From the NCBI GenBank assembly GCA_964016885.1, contig OZ024742.1, positions 104,594,001 through 104,658,000 of the forward strand: 64,000 nucleotides of DNA. The letters are read 5' to 3'. Origin of the DNA: Eledone cirrhosa. Its lineage: Eukaryota. Shown here piece after piece: positions 52,005 to 64,000 of the stretch. Under the pieces are notes generated by a model. The model made no database searches and was not told where the DNA came from. It was given only the letters and a program-made list of their open reading frames with translations. The position numbers were made by a program, and so were the translations under genes. The stretch's first letter is position 1; each line of letters starts with the position of its first letter.

Positions 52005-53137
52005 TAAACATCCATTGTTGAGTATATGTGAGTATCTGGTGTGTTTAACATCCAGTGTTGTGTATATATGTGTATCTGGTGTGTTAAACATCCAGTGTTG
52101 TGTATATATATGTATCTGGTGTGTTAAACATCTATTGTTGTGTATATATGTGTATCTGGTGTGTTAAACATCCAGTGTGGTGTATATGTGAGTATCTGGT
52201 GTGTTAAACATCTATTGTTGTGTATATATGTGTATCTGGTGTGTTAAACATCCAGTGTGGTGTATATGTGAGTATCTGGTGTGTTAAACATCTATTGTTG
52301 TGTATATATGTGTATCTGGTGTGTTAAACATCCAGTGTGGTGTATATGTGAGTATCTGGTGTGTTAAACATCCAGTGTTGTGTATATGTGAGTATCTGGT
52401 GTGTTAAACATCCATTGTGGTGTATATGTGAGTATCTGGTGTGTTAAACATCTATTGTTGTGTATATATGTGTATCTGGTGTGTTAAACATCCAGTGTGG
52501 TGTATATGTGAGTATCTGGTGTGTTAAACATCCATTGTTGTGTATATGTGAGTATCTGGTGTGTTAAACATCCAGTGTTGTGTATATGTGAGTATCTGGT
52601 GTGTTAAACATCCAGTGTTGTGTATATATGTGTATCTGGTGTGTTAAACATCCAGTGTTGTGTATATGTGAGTATCTGGTGTGTTAAACATCCATTGTTG
52701 TGTATATATGTGTATCTGGTGTGTTAAACATCCAGTGTGGTGTATATGTGTGTATCTGGTGTGTTAAACATCCAGTGTGGTGTATATATATGTATCTGGT
52801 GTGTTAAACATCCAGTGTTGTGTATATATGTGAGTATCTGGTGTGTTAAACATCCAGTGTTGTGTATATGTGTGTATCTGGTGTGTTAAACATCCAGTGT
52901 TGTGTATATGTGAGTATCTGGTGTGTGGTGTATGTGTGAGTATCTGGTGTGTGGTGTATGTGTGAGTATCTGGAGTATGGTGTATGTGTGAGTATCTGGA
53001 GCGTGGTGTATATGTGAGTATCTGGTGTGTGGTGTATGTGTGAGTATCTGGTATGTGGTGTGGTTCATGTGTGAGCATCTGGAGTGTGGTGTATGTGTGA
53101 GTATCAGTGTGGTGTATGTGTAAGTATCTGGTGTGTT
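52005..53137. repeat. 40-bp minisatellite switching to a 26-bp derivative
   Basis: TATCTGGTGTGTTAAACATCCAGTGTTGTGTATATGTGAG to about 52914, then TATCTGGTGTGTGGTGTATGTGTGAG. Confidence 0.95.
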
Positions 53138-56100
53138 GACCCAATATTAGAAAGTATTATCATTATTGTCATTAGGGCAATGAATTTATGGAATTACTAG
53201 AGCATTGGGCATAATACTTTGTAGCATTTAGTTAGTTCTATGTTCAAACCCCACCAAGGTCAGCTTTGCACTTCACTCTTCATAAAATAAAGTATAAGTA
53301 AAGTATTAGTGTCGATATAATCAACTTTCCCCTCTCCCCAGAGGGTGGTAGATTAGCAGTATTGATAGAGCAACAAACCAAATGCATTGAAGTATTTAGT
53401 TATGACTTTCTACATTGTGAGATCAAATCCTGTTGAGGTCAACTTTGTCATTCATCCTTCTGGGGTCGATAAAATAAAGTACTAGTCAAGCATACTCGAA
53501 TATAAGCTGATCCAAATATAAGTCGACACTTTTTATTTTATGTCTGAGAAATGGACAAAAATGCAAACCACATTTATAAACCGAGGCAGCTAATCAACAC
53601 ATTATGTTTAGATGAAGAATATAAGCCAACACCCCCATTTTACCATTGATTTTTTGGTCACATATTCCTCGGTTTATATTTAAGTATATATGGTACCAGT
53701 TAAGTACTGGAGTTGTTATAATCGACTTTCTCCTCCTCACAATATTACAAGTCATTATTAGTGGATTGGCAGAATCGGTAGAGGTACCAGTCACACAGTG
53801 ATTTAATCGACTTTCTCCTCTCCTTCAAATTGCTGGCCTTGTGCCTAAATCAGAAACCATTATTATTGTCATTATTGTCACTCTGCAATTCATTTCTTTA
53901 ATCACAGGAGACAAACTAACAAAAGAAAATATTCAAAAGTGACATCAATGTTGTAACATAATTTAATAATCTATTCAGGTAGATAATTAGACAGACAGGT
54001 GAAATTAAAACTCCTTATTCATATAGGAAGGAATTGGACCTAGATTTTATTAGTCCCTTTTTTTAAATATTAAAAAAAAATTGCTGAACTATTAAACTCA
54101 GTTTTACAGTGCTATCATTGCTTGCAACAGTGAAGGGAAACACCATGTAAGATCTATATTGAAGTTGAATGGATTATACAGAGACGACCACTGTTGACTT
54201 GGCCAATCAAACACTGACTCTTAGAATATTGAATTTTGATTGGTTGATTCATCCATATACAGTTCATTAGAGAGGGGGAGAGCGAGGGAGAGAGAGAGAG
54301 AGTGTGTGTGTGTGATATTCACTTTGTGGAAATTGATATTGTAAAAATAAGAACAAATATGTTTATTTCATAAAGGAATTCATTTCATAAAGGAATTTGA
54401 AGCTGATCGAATTTTGCAATTTATAAGGAATGGCATAACATTATTTTGTCATTTGAATATTTGATGACAACTACTATAAAAAGGATGCCTCACTCACACA
54501 CCCTCTCTCTCTCTCCCCCATGAAACACATATGGATGAATTGACTAGACATAAATCATCATTTAGCATTTTTTGACATTCAAGCAACTTGGTCTTTTAAA
54601 TTTCTTCCTAGTATGAATTGGTTGGTGACAACTAAAAGCAGAGTTTATCTATTTTCAAGCTGGCAAATTGCTGGGAAAATAAAATGCAAAAAACAATGAT
54701 GCCCTTATCCACAAATTAAAAAATGTACTAGAAGAAGATAACTGGACAACAGCAAAAAAATAATTGTTTCTACTTTTGGCACAAGGCCAGCAATTACCCA
54801 GTGCATTACTGGTACTGGACAACAGCAAAAAAAAATAATTATGAGATAATGCAGGTTTCTCATTTTGGCACAAGGCCAACAAATTTGGGGGAAGGTAAAG
54901 TTAATTAAACCAACCCCAGTACTTGACCGTTACTTTATTGTATCAACCCCAGAAGGATACAAGACAAAGTTGACCATGGTGAGATTTGAACTAAGAATGT
55001 GAAGAGCCAGAACAAATAGTGCAATAGCATTTTATCCACCATTCTACCAGTTCTGCCAATCCACCACCATTGTCAGTAAATAAGTCAGTAACAATCACTT
55101 TCTTGCCAAAATTCAAGTGGTGCCTGTTGACTCATTCTCTGACGAAACTGCATAACAGGGCAACAGCATCTAGGTCACTCTAAACTTGCACAGTTATGAA
55201 GGGTTAATGATTTAGAAGGTAAAATATCTGTTTACTTTTATCTTCTGTTCACTGAACATATTATGATGGCAACTTTGGGTATCTTTGTTAAATATTTACA
55301 TTATAAATCTTGTTAGCACATCTTTCTCACTTCTCTACACCGCTTTCTCCACTGCCATCATCATTACCATCATTATTATAGTAAATGTTGTGTTGCCATA
55401 AAGTGAAAGTAATTTCTCTCCCCACTCCACTTCCATCTCCACTTCACCATGTATATGTATATATGTATATATATATATACACACACACACACACATATAC
55501 AAAGTGTTCCCCCAAAATGTGTACACACTTCAACAGCATTCTAATAAATATGTATATACATTTTTTTGTGGCACCCTGTATATATATACATACACACTGC
55601 AATCTTCACATACTGACTAACTGAAAGGTTTGTTTGTATTTGTCCAAGCCTACTGAGAAACAGAATAGTTTGCTTGAAGAGAAGACTTTTACCAAAAGTG
55701 GCCAGATGTTTCTCAGAAATTTTTTTTATGAAATAATCATATCTTGTACAGATTAGCCTACATAGAAGGATTTTTTTTTGCATTTCGTTTCCTGTTTAGA
55801 GGTGCTTGTGTTTGGGGCGGAATTTTAAATTACCTTAGCACTGCAGTGGGTGTAATATAAGGTAAATATCCTCAGGAATGGCAAGGGAAGGCTTAGATCC
55901 AGTTTCAATCACCCATTAACTCTTTCATTATCATATTTCTTATGAAAGACACTATCTATAAATAATTGAGAATTTATAACTAACATGCTCGTTATTAAAC
56001 TGGTGGTTGGAACATAATTTAAAAGTTCTTACTTCAAATGTGAATAAATGAAGTTCAGTGGAGACTTCTGGTGTCCTTGGCCCTAGGGCTACCTCCCTAC

Positions 56101-56504
56101 TCATCACCATTGACTCAGAGCTGGCTACCCACAGGTGTGAGTCTTGCAAGCTGGAATGGCCCTTCCAGCACATCTCCCTCACCATCCTCCAGGGAAACGT
56201 CTTTTCTATTCTGTCCGCCAGGGCCATAGGGCGGCCAGTGCATGGGCCCCCAATAGTGAAAGATGGGGAGAATGGGAAGAAAGGAGGCAGTGACAGTGGG
56301 AGTTTGGTTCCTTTGTGTTCGGACCTGGTGTATATGTATATGTCTCATGGACACACACTCACATTAAATTATGATGAAAGACTATGATTTTCAAATAAAT
56401 TTTGAAAATAATCAAGAAAGATTTAGTAATATAATTAACTATTAAAAAGTTGGTGTTTTGAAAATAACTTAAGAAAGGATCTTGCAGAAAATGGATGTGT
56501 GTAT

Positions 56505-57310
56505 ATCATCATCATCATCATCCTCATCATCATTTAACATCCATCTCCACGCTAGCATCGGTTAGACGGGATTGTCCCACTTGAGGCAAGATTGGTCGGG
56601 TGATCATGTCTCGCTCATATAGAACTGTACCTGGCAGATTTTCTACAGCTGGATGCCCTTCCTAACACCAACCACATTTACAGTGCGGACTGGGAGCCTT
56701 TTTACCGTGTCTCCTACACCAGTGCTTCTCAAACTATCTGATGTGGCGGACAGGCATTTTTTTTTTCAAAGTGCCACGTACCGCTAATATTTCGTAGTAA
56801 TATTAATTTATACCGGAAACGATATATATAATGAATATAATAAAAGTTGACCATTTTTTTATCTTCTATTTATTTTGTAAACAAATAATACAATATCAAA
56901 ACATATAAAAAAGTAATAAAAAAAATAACAAGCAGTTTATTAACACAAAACTAAAAATTATATAACCTTAATCTTTACTAGTGTGAAAGGCCGCGTACCG
57001 GTAGCTGATGGTTCGTGTACCGGCACCAGTCCGCGGACCACCACTTTGAGTAGTACTGTCCTACATGACCTCATTACGGCGTGGACTGGGTGCTTTTTGT
57101 CATGACACCTACACAACCACTTTACAGTGTGGATTGGATGTTCTGTGGTACCAACATACCTTTACAGAGAAAGGGTGGTATGAGTGGAAGTGGGAGGATG
57201 AAGTAGGGGTAGTGGGGTGGGAGTATATTTGGTTAAGAGGTGCCTACTGACTGTAGGTTTAACTTCGTACGTAAGGTAAAGTGGGTCTTCCGTATTACTG
57301 CGTAGCACCA
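56505..57310 (-). mobile_element. RTE family A 3' end interrupted by a hAT MITE
   Basis: Matches 6470-6911 in reverse; CAT tail at 56507-56532. Confidence 0.8.
56720..57058. mobile_element. hAT-type MITE
   Basis: TIRs CAGTGCTTCTCAAA / TTTGAGTAGTACTG; TSD TCCTACAC / TCCTACAT. Confidence 0.85.
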
Positions 57311-57330
57311 TATATACTTATATATATATA

Positions 57331-57512
57331 GGAAAATGTTTGACCCCGACGGCAGAGCTCAAACCGTTTCGACGGCTATTTCTGGACTGTTGAAACGGCT
57401 TGAGCTCTGCCGTCGGGGACAAACATTTTCCTATTACCCACTCTACTAGCCTAAGTATTGAGTACTCTGGTGCGTTATGGTCCATCTGGTTCCTTACTAC
57501 ACCTCCTTCTTT
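57331..57512. mobile_element. Short TA-flanked element with 40-bp inverted arms
   Basis: 57331-57370 versus 57392-57431; each arm starts GAAACGG(C/T)TTGAGCTC, a possible hammerhead 3' half. Confidence 0.6.
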
Positions 57513-57531
57513 ATATATATATATATATGTA

Positions 57532-58236
57532 TATAATAATAATAATAATGAAATTATTGTGTAACTGCTCAGGTGCACTACAACTCGTCAAAGGTGCATG
57601 TATAGTACATAGAATAATATACAAATGTCATGGAAATGAATAGTATATGTGTCATGATATACATGTGTGTATGTGTATGGAGGGGGAACATTAGGTGTAG
57701 TGTTGGCGAATCTCGGGAAACATGGAGATTTTAAAGGATGCAGTGTCTCGACAGCTAACAACTGATGCAGGTAGTTTGTTCCATGCTTCAGCAACTCTGA
57801 GCGTGAAAAAATGTTTCCGAAAGTCATGGGAGCTGTGCTGTTTTCTGACTTTGTGGGCATGTCCACGTGTGTTAGACACATGGAAATCAAAAAGGTACTC
57901 AGGGTTGTTGTTGGCAAGATGGTTAACAATTTTGTGGGTGATTACCAAGTCAGTTGCCAGACGTCGGAGCTTCAATGTATCCATGCCCAGGGAAGCAAGG
58001 CGTTCAGAGTATGGTAGATGCCTGATGGAGGGTATTCGCTTGGTTGCACGTCTCTGAATAGTTTCCAGGCGGTCAATGTTCTGAGCAAGATAGGGGTTCC
58101 AGACTGGTGATGCAAATTCTAAGTGTGGCCGCACCATAGCCATGTACAGCCTTAAATAGAAAGCTGGAGAGCGGCTGACAAAGGTCTTGCTGGGTGATGC
58201 TAAGACACCCTCGGCCCTCTTGACAATTTTAGGATC
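57532..58236 (-). mobile_element. CR1-clade LINE, 5'-truncated
   Basis: LYMAMVRPHLEFASPVWNPY..DRLETIQRRATK..YSERLASLGM..TRGH..FFTLRVAEAWNKLP; (ATT)n tail. Confidence 0.92.
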
Positions 58237-58453
58237 CATATACACCAAATTTGACTGGAAGGATGACAGGAAGGATCTATTTGTACACCATGCTTTTACT
58301 CTTCCTACAGAGCCAAAATGGCCTATATACAGAATAAGATCTCCCAGATACACAACATAGACACCAGCATGGAAGAATTCTCACCTAAAAAAACTACTCA
58401 ACTTCTCCCACGAAACTTAAGTACCTGTATATGTCACTGTTGTAACTAATTGA

Positions 58454-58487
<34 letters not shown>

Positions 58488-58488
<1 letters not shown>

Positions 58489-59093
58489 TCATCATCATCA
58501 TCATCATCATTTTACGTCCGCTTTTCCCTGCTTGCAAGGGTGGGACGGGTCTTATTCAGCACAGCTTCTCTCCACTCGTCACGGTCCCTCGTCATCTCCA
58601 CCGTGAGCTTCAATGATCTGAGGTCTGTTCTCACCACCTCCGCCCATGTTTTTCGTGGTCTACCTCTACCACGTCTTCCTTCAACTGGCAATTTCTGGCA
58701 CTTCTTCACCCATCGGTCATCCTCCATGCGCATCACATGTCCATACCACCTCAGTCTCCTCTCCCGTACACTACATTCTATCCCTCTCAGACACAGTTTC
58801 TCTCTCAACACATTTATGCTGGGTCGTTCACGCACATTTACACTGCACATCCAACGGAGCATGCTTGCCTCATTTCTCTCCAGTCGTCGCATATCCTCTG
58901 CAGTTGCTGCCCATGTCTCACTACCATGCAGCATCGCGCTCCTCACACAGGCATCATACAACCGGCCTTTCATACGCAGGGAGAAACCCTTCTTCATCAA
59001 CAGAGGAAGCAGCTCCCTAAACTCCTTCCAACCTGTCCTTATTCTAGATAATATGGCCTCGGAACACCCTCCTCCCATGCTAATCTGATCTCA
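58488..59093 (-). mobile_element. RTE family B, 5'-truncated, open frame
   Basis: 188-aa ORF GGGCSEAILSRIRTGWKEFRELLPLL...GRPRKTW; (ATG)n tail; microsatellite flanks. Confidence 0.92.
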
Positions 59094-59116
59094 TATATAT
59101 ACATACATACATATGC

Positions 59117-59171
<55 letters not shown>

Positions 59172-59210
59172 TACAAATATTAATAAAATAGATGTTCTTT
59201 TGATCAATTA

Positions 59211-59265
59211 CATTTTATTATACATATTTCGGAGGTACAACAGTACGTCCTCATCAGACAAAATA
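59211..59265 (-). ncRNA. Hammerhead ribozyme, class A
   Basis: UAUUUUGU CUGAUGA GGA C GUAC UGUU GUAC C UCC GAAA UAUGUA UA AUAAAAUG. Confidence 0.9.
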
Positions 59266-59484
59266 TAATGATACATGACATACCCTGAGATGTTAAATGG
59301 TTAAGATTTAATCAAGTTATATTAATAACTCTGGAAAATTATTTTCCGTAGAGTGCTTCCAATCTACTGTAAAACTCATTCTTTGATATACTCATTGAAT
59401 TTTGTTTAACTCTTTAATATATATATATATATAACCCATGGCAGTATGGAAAAAGGATGTTAAATGATGATATACATATATATG

Positions 59485-59559
<75 letters not shown>

Positions 59560-59897
59560 GTATATATATACATATATACATAGAGGTACACACACACACA
59601 TATTTATACATTATAATGTATATATAAGAAAAAAAAGCTGTTTTAAAACAGGATGTAACATTTGTCTCCATAGACCAAATTTAGTCAGAGAATAAGAAAC
59701 TGTTTTCTTAAGGTCTTGTTTATAAAATAACTTTGGAAATTTGCCATCAGCTCCAATTTCTACAGCAATCTCGCAAAACACCAGATTTTACTGATTAAAA
59801 AAAAAATTCATTTGTATATATGTATGTGTATATATCTGTGTATATACATGCATATATATATATATATATATATATAAATATATATATATAAATATAC

Positions 59898-60030
<133 letters not shown>

Positions 60031-60139
60031 ATTACTGTTTAAAATCTATTTTAACATGGGTTAGACAAGTTGTCCCATTGTGAGATAAGCCAGATCAAGT
60101 GGCCGTGTCTTGGTCATACAGAACTGAGTTTGACTACAA

Positions 60140-60560
60140 AAGGATTTTCCGCTTACTATGAAGGGCAAATTGTATGATGTGTGTATGAACAGCAATGCTA
60201 CTTGCGAGTGTTCAAAGGACCTGTGAAGATTGGAAAGAAATGAAGCTGGCATGCCTTGATGGATGTGCAATAATAATGTACATGAAGGTCAAAGCATAAA
60301 TGAACTGAGAGCGAAACTGGGCACGAGAGGGATCAGATGTTATGTGCAGGAAAGGAAATTGTGTTGGTATGGACATGTGATGCATATGAAGGATGACAGT
60401 CGTATAACAATGTGCAGGGTGCTCAAAGTTAATGGAAGCTATGGAGTGGGCAGACCTAAGAAGACTTGGGATTTGGTGATAAAAGTGGAACTTACATAAT
60501 TACACATTTCAAAGGCAATGACACAGGATTGAGATCTCTGGCATTATGCAGTAATCACAT
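60140..60560 (+). mobile_element. Old RTE-A-like fragment
   Basis: QSINELRAKLGTRGIRCYVQERKLCWYGHVMHMKDD...GRPKKTW. Confidence 0.8.
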
Positions 60561-60700
60561 GTGCACAGGTCGAAGCATACACTTCATTGGTCTAGCAGGT
60601 CCTGCTAATCTGCATATATGATCTCCGGCTATGAAAACATCATTTCTGTCCATTCCCTTGTCTTCATAATTGAATTGCCTCGAAAATGTAACCTTATTTA

Positions 60701-60861
60701 CATGATTCTGTCTGATGAGATCACATGACTGGTCGCATGATTCTGTCTGATGAGATCACATGACTGGTCGCATGATTCTGTCTGATGAGATCACATGACT
60801 GGTCGCATGATTCTGTCTGATGAGATCACATGACTGGTCGCATGATTGAACCTAGCCACGG
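60701..60861 (+). repeat. 4 x 35-bp perfect tandem repeat of a hammerhead 5' half, ending in a decayed 3' half
   Basis: Unit CATGATTCTGTCTGATGAGATCACATGACTGGTCG; last unit continues CATGATT GAAC CTAG CC ACGG. Confidence 0.8.
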
Positions 60862-60928
60862 TCATCATTTGTATCAGCTTTGTTAATAAAGGACTTTTTA
60901 ACATCTACACCGAACTTCGCATTTTCCT

Positions 60929-61032
<104 letters not shown>

Positions 61033-61033
61033 G

Positions 61034-61068
<35 letters not shown>

Positions 61069-61411
61069 CTATATATAATAGAAACTAATTTATTTAATTA
61101 ATCAAAAAGCATTTTCCAGTCGCCCACAAACTCTATAGACTATTCAGTCCACCAAAAAACCTTCACATGATTGTTTAACCTGCTGGAATTGCAGACCAAA
61201 TCTGTCTCAAATCACGTCCTACCATCAATAAAAACAAAATTATATGTGAATGAATTAAGATAGATAAAAAATGATGATGATGAATAAGAGCCTTCCTTTT
61301 TTAGACAGAAGGATGTGAAATGAAGGAAATTTCACTGGTACTTCTAGCAGGTTAAGTAACCGTGTAAAAGAATCCTCACTGGTTAAAATATATATTGGGA
61401 CAAAAAAGAAT

Positions 61412-61705
61412 ATCATCATCATCATCATCATCATTGTTGTTTAACGTCCATCTTCCACGCTTGCATGGGTTTGGACGGGAGTTTTCCCACTTGAGGCAAG
61501 AGTGGTTGTCTTGCTCACATAGGACTGTCTAGCGGGTTTTCTATGGCTGGATGCCCTTCCTAACACCAACCACGTTTACAGTGTGGACTGGGAGGTTTTT
61601 ACCGTGTTACCTACATGGCCACATTACAGTGTGGACTGTGTGTTTTTTTGTCATGACACCTACACAACCTCATTTATTTCGGACTGGATGTTGTGGTACC
61701 TACAT
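61412..61705 (-). mobile_element. RTE family A 3' UTR
   Basis: Near-identical to 63110-63395. Confidence 0.85.
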
Positions 61706-61886
61706 AACTTTTGGGATAAAGTATTGACAGTTGTTGAATAATACTAATTACTATAGGTGGCAACTGTTTCAGTACTCAATACTTTTACATGAATTAGATA
61801 CTCGGTGTTAACAAGTGTCGATTAACACCACCACCTGTCTGCTACTTGTGTAATATACAGAGTGTTTATATAAAGAAAGAGATTGA

Positions 61887-62160
61887 AGTTTCAGTTCAAC
61901 ATATTATATTCATAATCACATGTAACACCGTTTTTTGCAAATGATCAGCTCAGAGCTTTAATCAGTTACAAAAAGCTCAATTTTACGATCAATTTTCTCA
62001 TCAGACACAATGGAGATTAGAAATTCAAATTCTAATCTTTATTGCATCTAATGAGTAACTGATCTTAGAGCTGAGCTGATTGTAACTGATTAAAGCTCTG
62101 GGCTGGTCGTTTGTGAAACATGTTACGTGTGATTATAAATAACTTATGTTGAACTGAAAT
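61887..62160. repeat. About 275-bp imperfect palindrome (fold-back MITE-like)
   Basis: TTTCAGTTCAACATA...CAGAGCTTTAATCAGTTACAA pairs with TTGTAACTGATTAAAGCTCTG...TATGTTGAACTGAAA; centre AGATTAGAA/TTCTAATCT. Confidence 0.8.
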
Positions 62161-62264
62161 CTGACCCCTCTTTCTTAATATTGGAACAAAAAAAAAAAAA
62201 GATATTGAAATGTGTTGTAAAGACTATATGACACATAGTGACAACAGTACATAACTAAGAAATA

Positions 62265-62450
62265 TGAGGGTTGGCGAAAAGTTCATAGGCTGTCTATGAA
62301 GCATTGATGCTAGAGTTGTGAAATCTTGCATGCATTAATTTCTACTCTTCTACATTGTTTCTTTCCAGGGACTATGTTGAGAAGTAAACCTCATTTGGTC
62401 ATTCCATGAAAGTATCTTGGTCAGCCTATGAACTTTTCAGCCAGCACTCA
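62265..62450. mobile_element. Mariner-like MITE
   Basis: TIRs TGAGGGTTGGCGAAAAGTTCATAGGCTG / CAGCCTATGAACTTTTCAGCCAGCACTCA. Confidence 0.75.
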
Positions 62451-63041
62451 CATATCTTTAAAAATCATTTCACTGTATTATATAACAATAATGGAAATCA
62501 TATGGAAATGAGGCCAAGAAAACAAATTCCACCAGAGAAATGATAGCAATGAAATGAAACCCAACCAATCCATTAAAATATTGCAGCATTTGCAACAGAA
62601 ATATCATGACTGAACATTATTGAAATGATATCTGAAAAATGCTTCACCAGCGTTAAGAATTAAAGAGTGGTAATATATTAGAAATGAATATGTGTATGCA
62701 CACACACACACACTAGGAGAGGAATAGGAGTAGGTATATCACTCGTTCTTTAACAAATGTGAGAAAGCTCAATGTATTAATTGCTTATAAAAAATACAGA
62801 GCATAATAATTTTAATTTAAGGGAAAAACCAGAGATGATACCTCAAATTATTTTATTAACTTCTAATAAAATGATCTGAAATATCATCTTTAATGTTTCA
62901 CTAATGCATATATAAAGTTTTATCATTTTATCATTTTTTTCAATTTTCAGGGAAATAAACATATTTGGAATGTTTACATGTCTATGTACTAAATGTGAAA
63001 AATTATATACACACTTACACTGTCTTGGTTACCTCTGTACA

Positions 63042-63074
<33 letters not shown>

Positions 63075-63109
63075 TATATACAGATATAAATGTATCATTC
63101 ATATATATA

Positions 63110-63858
63110 TCATCATCATCATCATCATCGTTTAACGTCCATCTTCCACGCTTGCATGGGTTTGGACGGGAATTTTCCCACTTGAGGCAAGATTGGTTGT
63201 CTTGCTCGTATAGGACTGTCTGGCGGGTTTTCTACGGCTGGATGCCCTTCCTAACACCAACCATGTTTACAGTGTGGACTGGGAGGTTTTTACTGTGTTG
63301 CCTACACGGCCACATTACAGCGTGGACTGTGTGTTTTTTTGTCGTGATACCTACACGACCTCATTTATTTCGGACTGGATGTTGTGGTACCAACATAAAT
63401 TTACATCGAAAGGGGTGGTGTGGATGGGGTGGGGGTAGTGGGGCGGGGTGTATTTTTGTTAGAGGTGCCTACTGACTGTAGGTTTCGTTTTGTACTTAGG
63501 CAAGGCGGGTCTTCAGTATTACTGTGTAGCGCCAAAGATCTCGGTCCAGTGACATTGTCTTGGAGAGGTGTAAGTGTGTGAGGTCGGAATTTATCAAGTC
63601 GTCCCAGGTTTTTCTGGCTCTGCCTACTCCATGGCTACCGTCTATTTTTATCGCCCTGCACTTTTTTATACAGCTGTCGTCTTTCATGCGCATCACGTGA
63701 CCGTACCAACGTAGTCTTCTCTCGAGTAAACAACATCTGATCCCTCTTATTCCTAATTTCTCACTTAGTTCATTTATGCTTTGCCGTTCATGTATACTAC
63801 TATTACACATCCAATGGAGCATGCAAGCTTCGTTCTTCTCCAGTCTGCGTATATCCTG
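63110..63858 (-). mobile_element. RTE family A, 5'-truncated
   Basis: 108-aa ORF matching the end of the 24985 protein; full 3' UTR and tail. Confidence 0.92.
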
Positions 63859-64000
63859 TTTATTATATTGAGCAGTTTTTTGTTTTGTTTGTTGATGTAA
63901 GTGTACTGTAATGTTTTTTTCTGTGACACTGTTAATGTTATGTAATGGGGAGGGGGTGCTTTGTGTTGTGTTGGTTTCTTCTGTGTTTGTTTGGTTTCTG

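Noticed and set aside
58237-58353. N-terminal part of the 220-aa ORF 57691-58353
   Set aside because: CR1 homology starts at about KIVKRA; upstream residues are read-through from flanking DNA.

Overview
AT-rich, microsatellite-dense animal DNA, almost entirely repeat-derived. I found no supportable host protein-coding exon, so it is probably intronic or intergenic. The repeat repertoire suggests an octopod cephalopod, which is inference only. It contains (i) 5'-truncated RTE-clade LINEs of at least two families, including one open RT ORF carrying a PHD-type C4HC3 finger, (ii) CR1-clade and R4/Dong-like LINE remnants, (iii) two tRNA-headed SINE families plus a chimeric SINE, (iv) non-autonomous Helitrons and hAT, piggyBac-like and Tc1/mariner MITEs, and (v) several minisatellites. 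The main hidden signal, invisible in the ORF track, is about 13-15 minimal type I hammerhead-ribozyme motifs (CUGANGA-stem II-GAAA-tiny stem III-NUH). They sit in short elements wedged between (TA)n tracts, often with a partial inverted duplication. One copy still carries the C-terminus of a Penelope-like GIY-YIG ORF, which ties these elements to Penelope-like retroelements. Five of the ribozymes form a distinctive class with a conserved C-C mismatch at position 4 of stem II, covarying base pairs, and a stem III built from TA-repeat sequence. All folds were done by eye and coordinates are approximate to a few bases.
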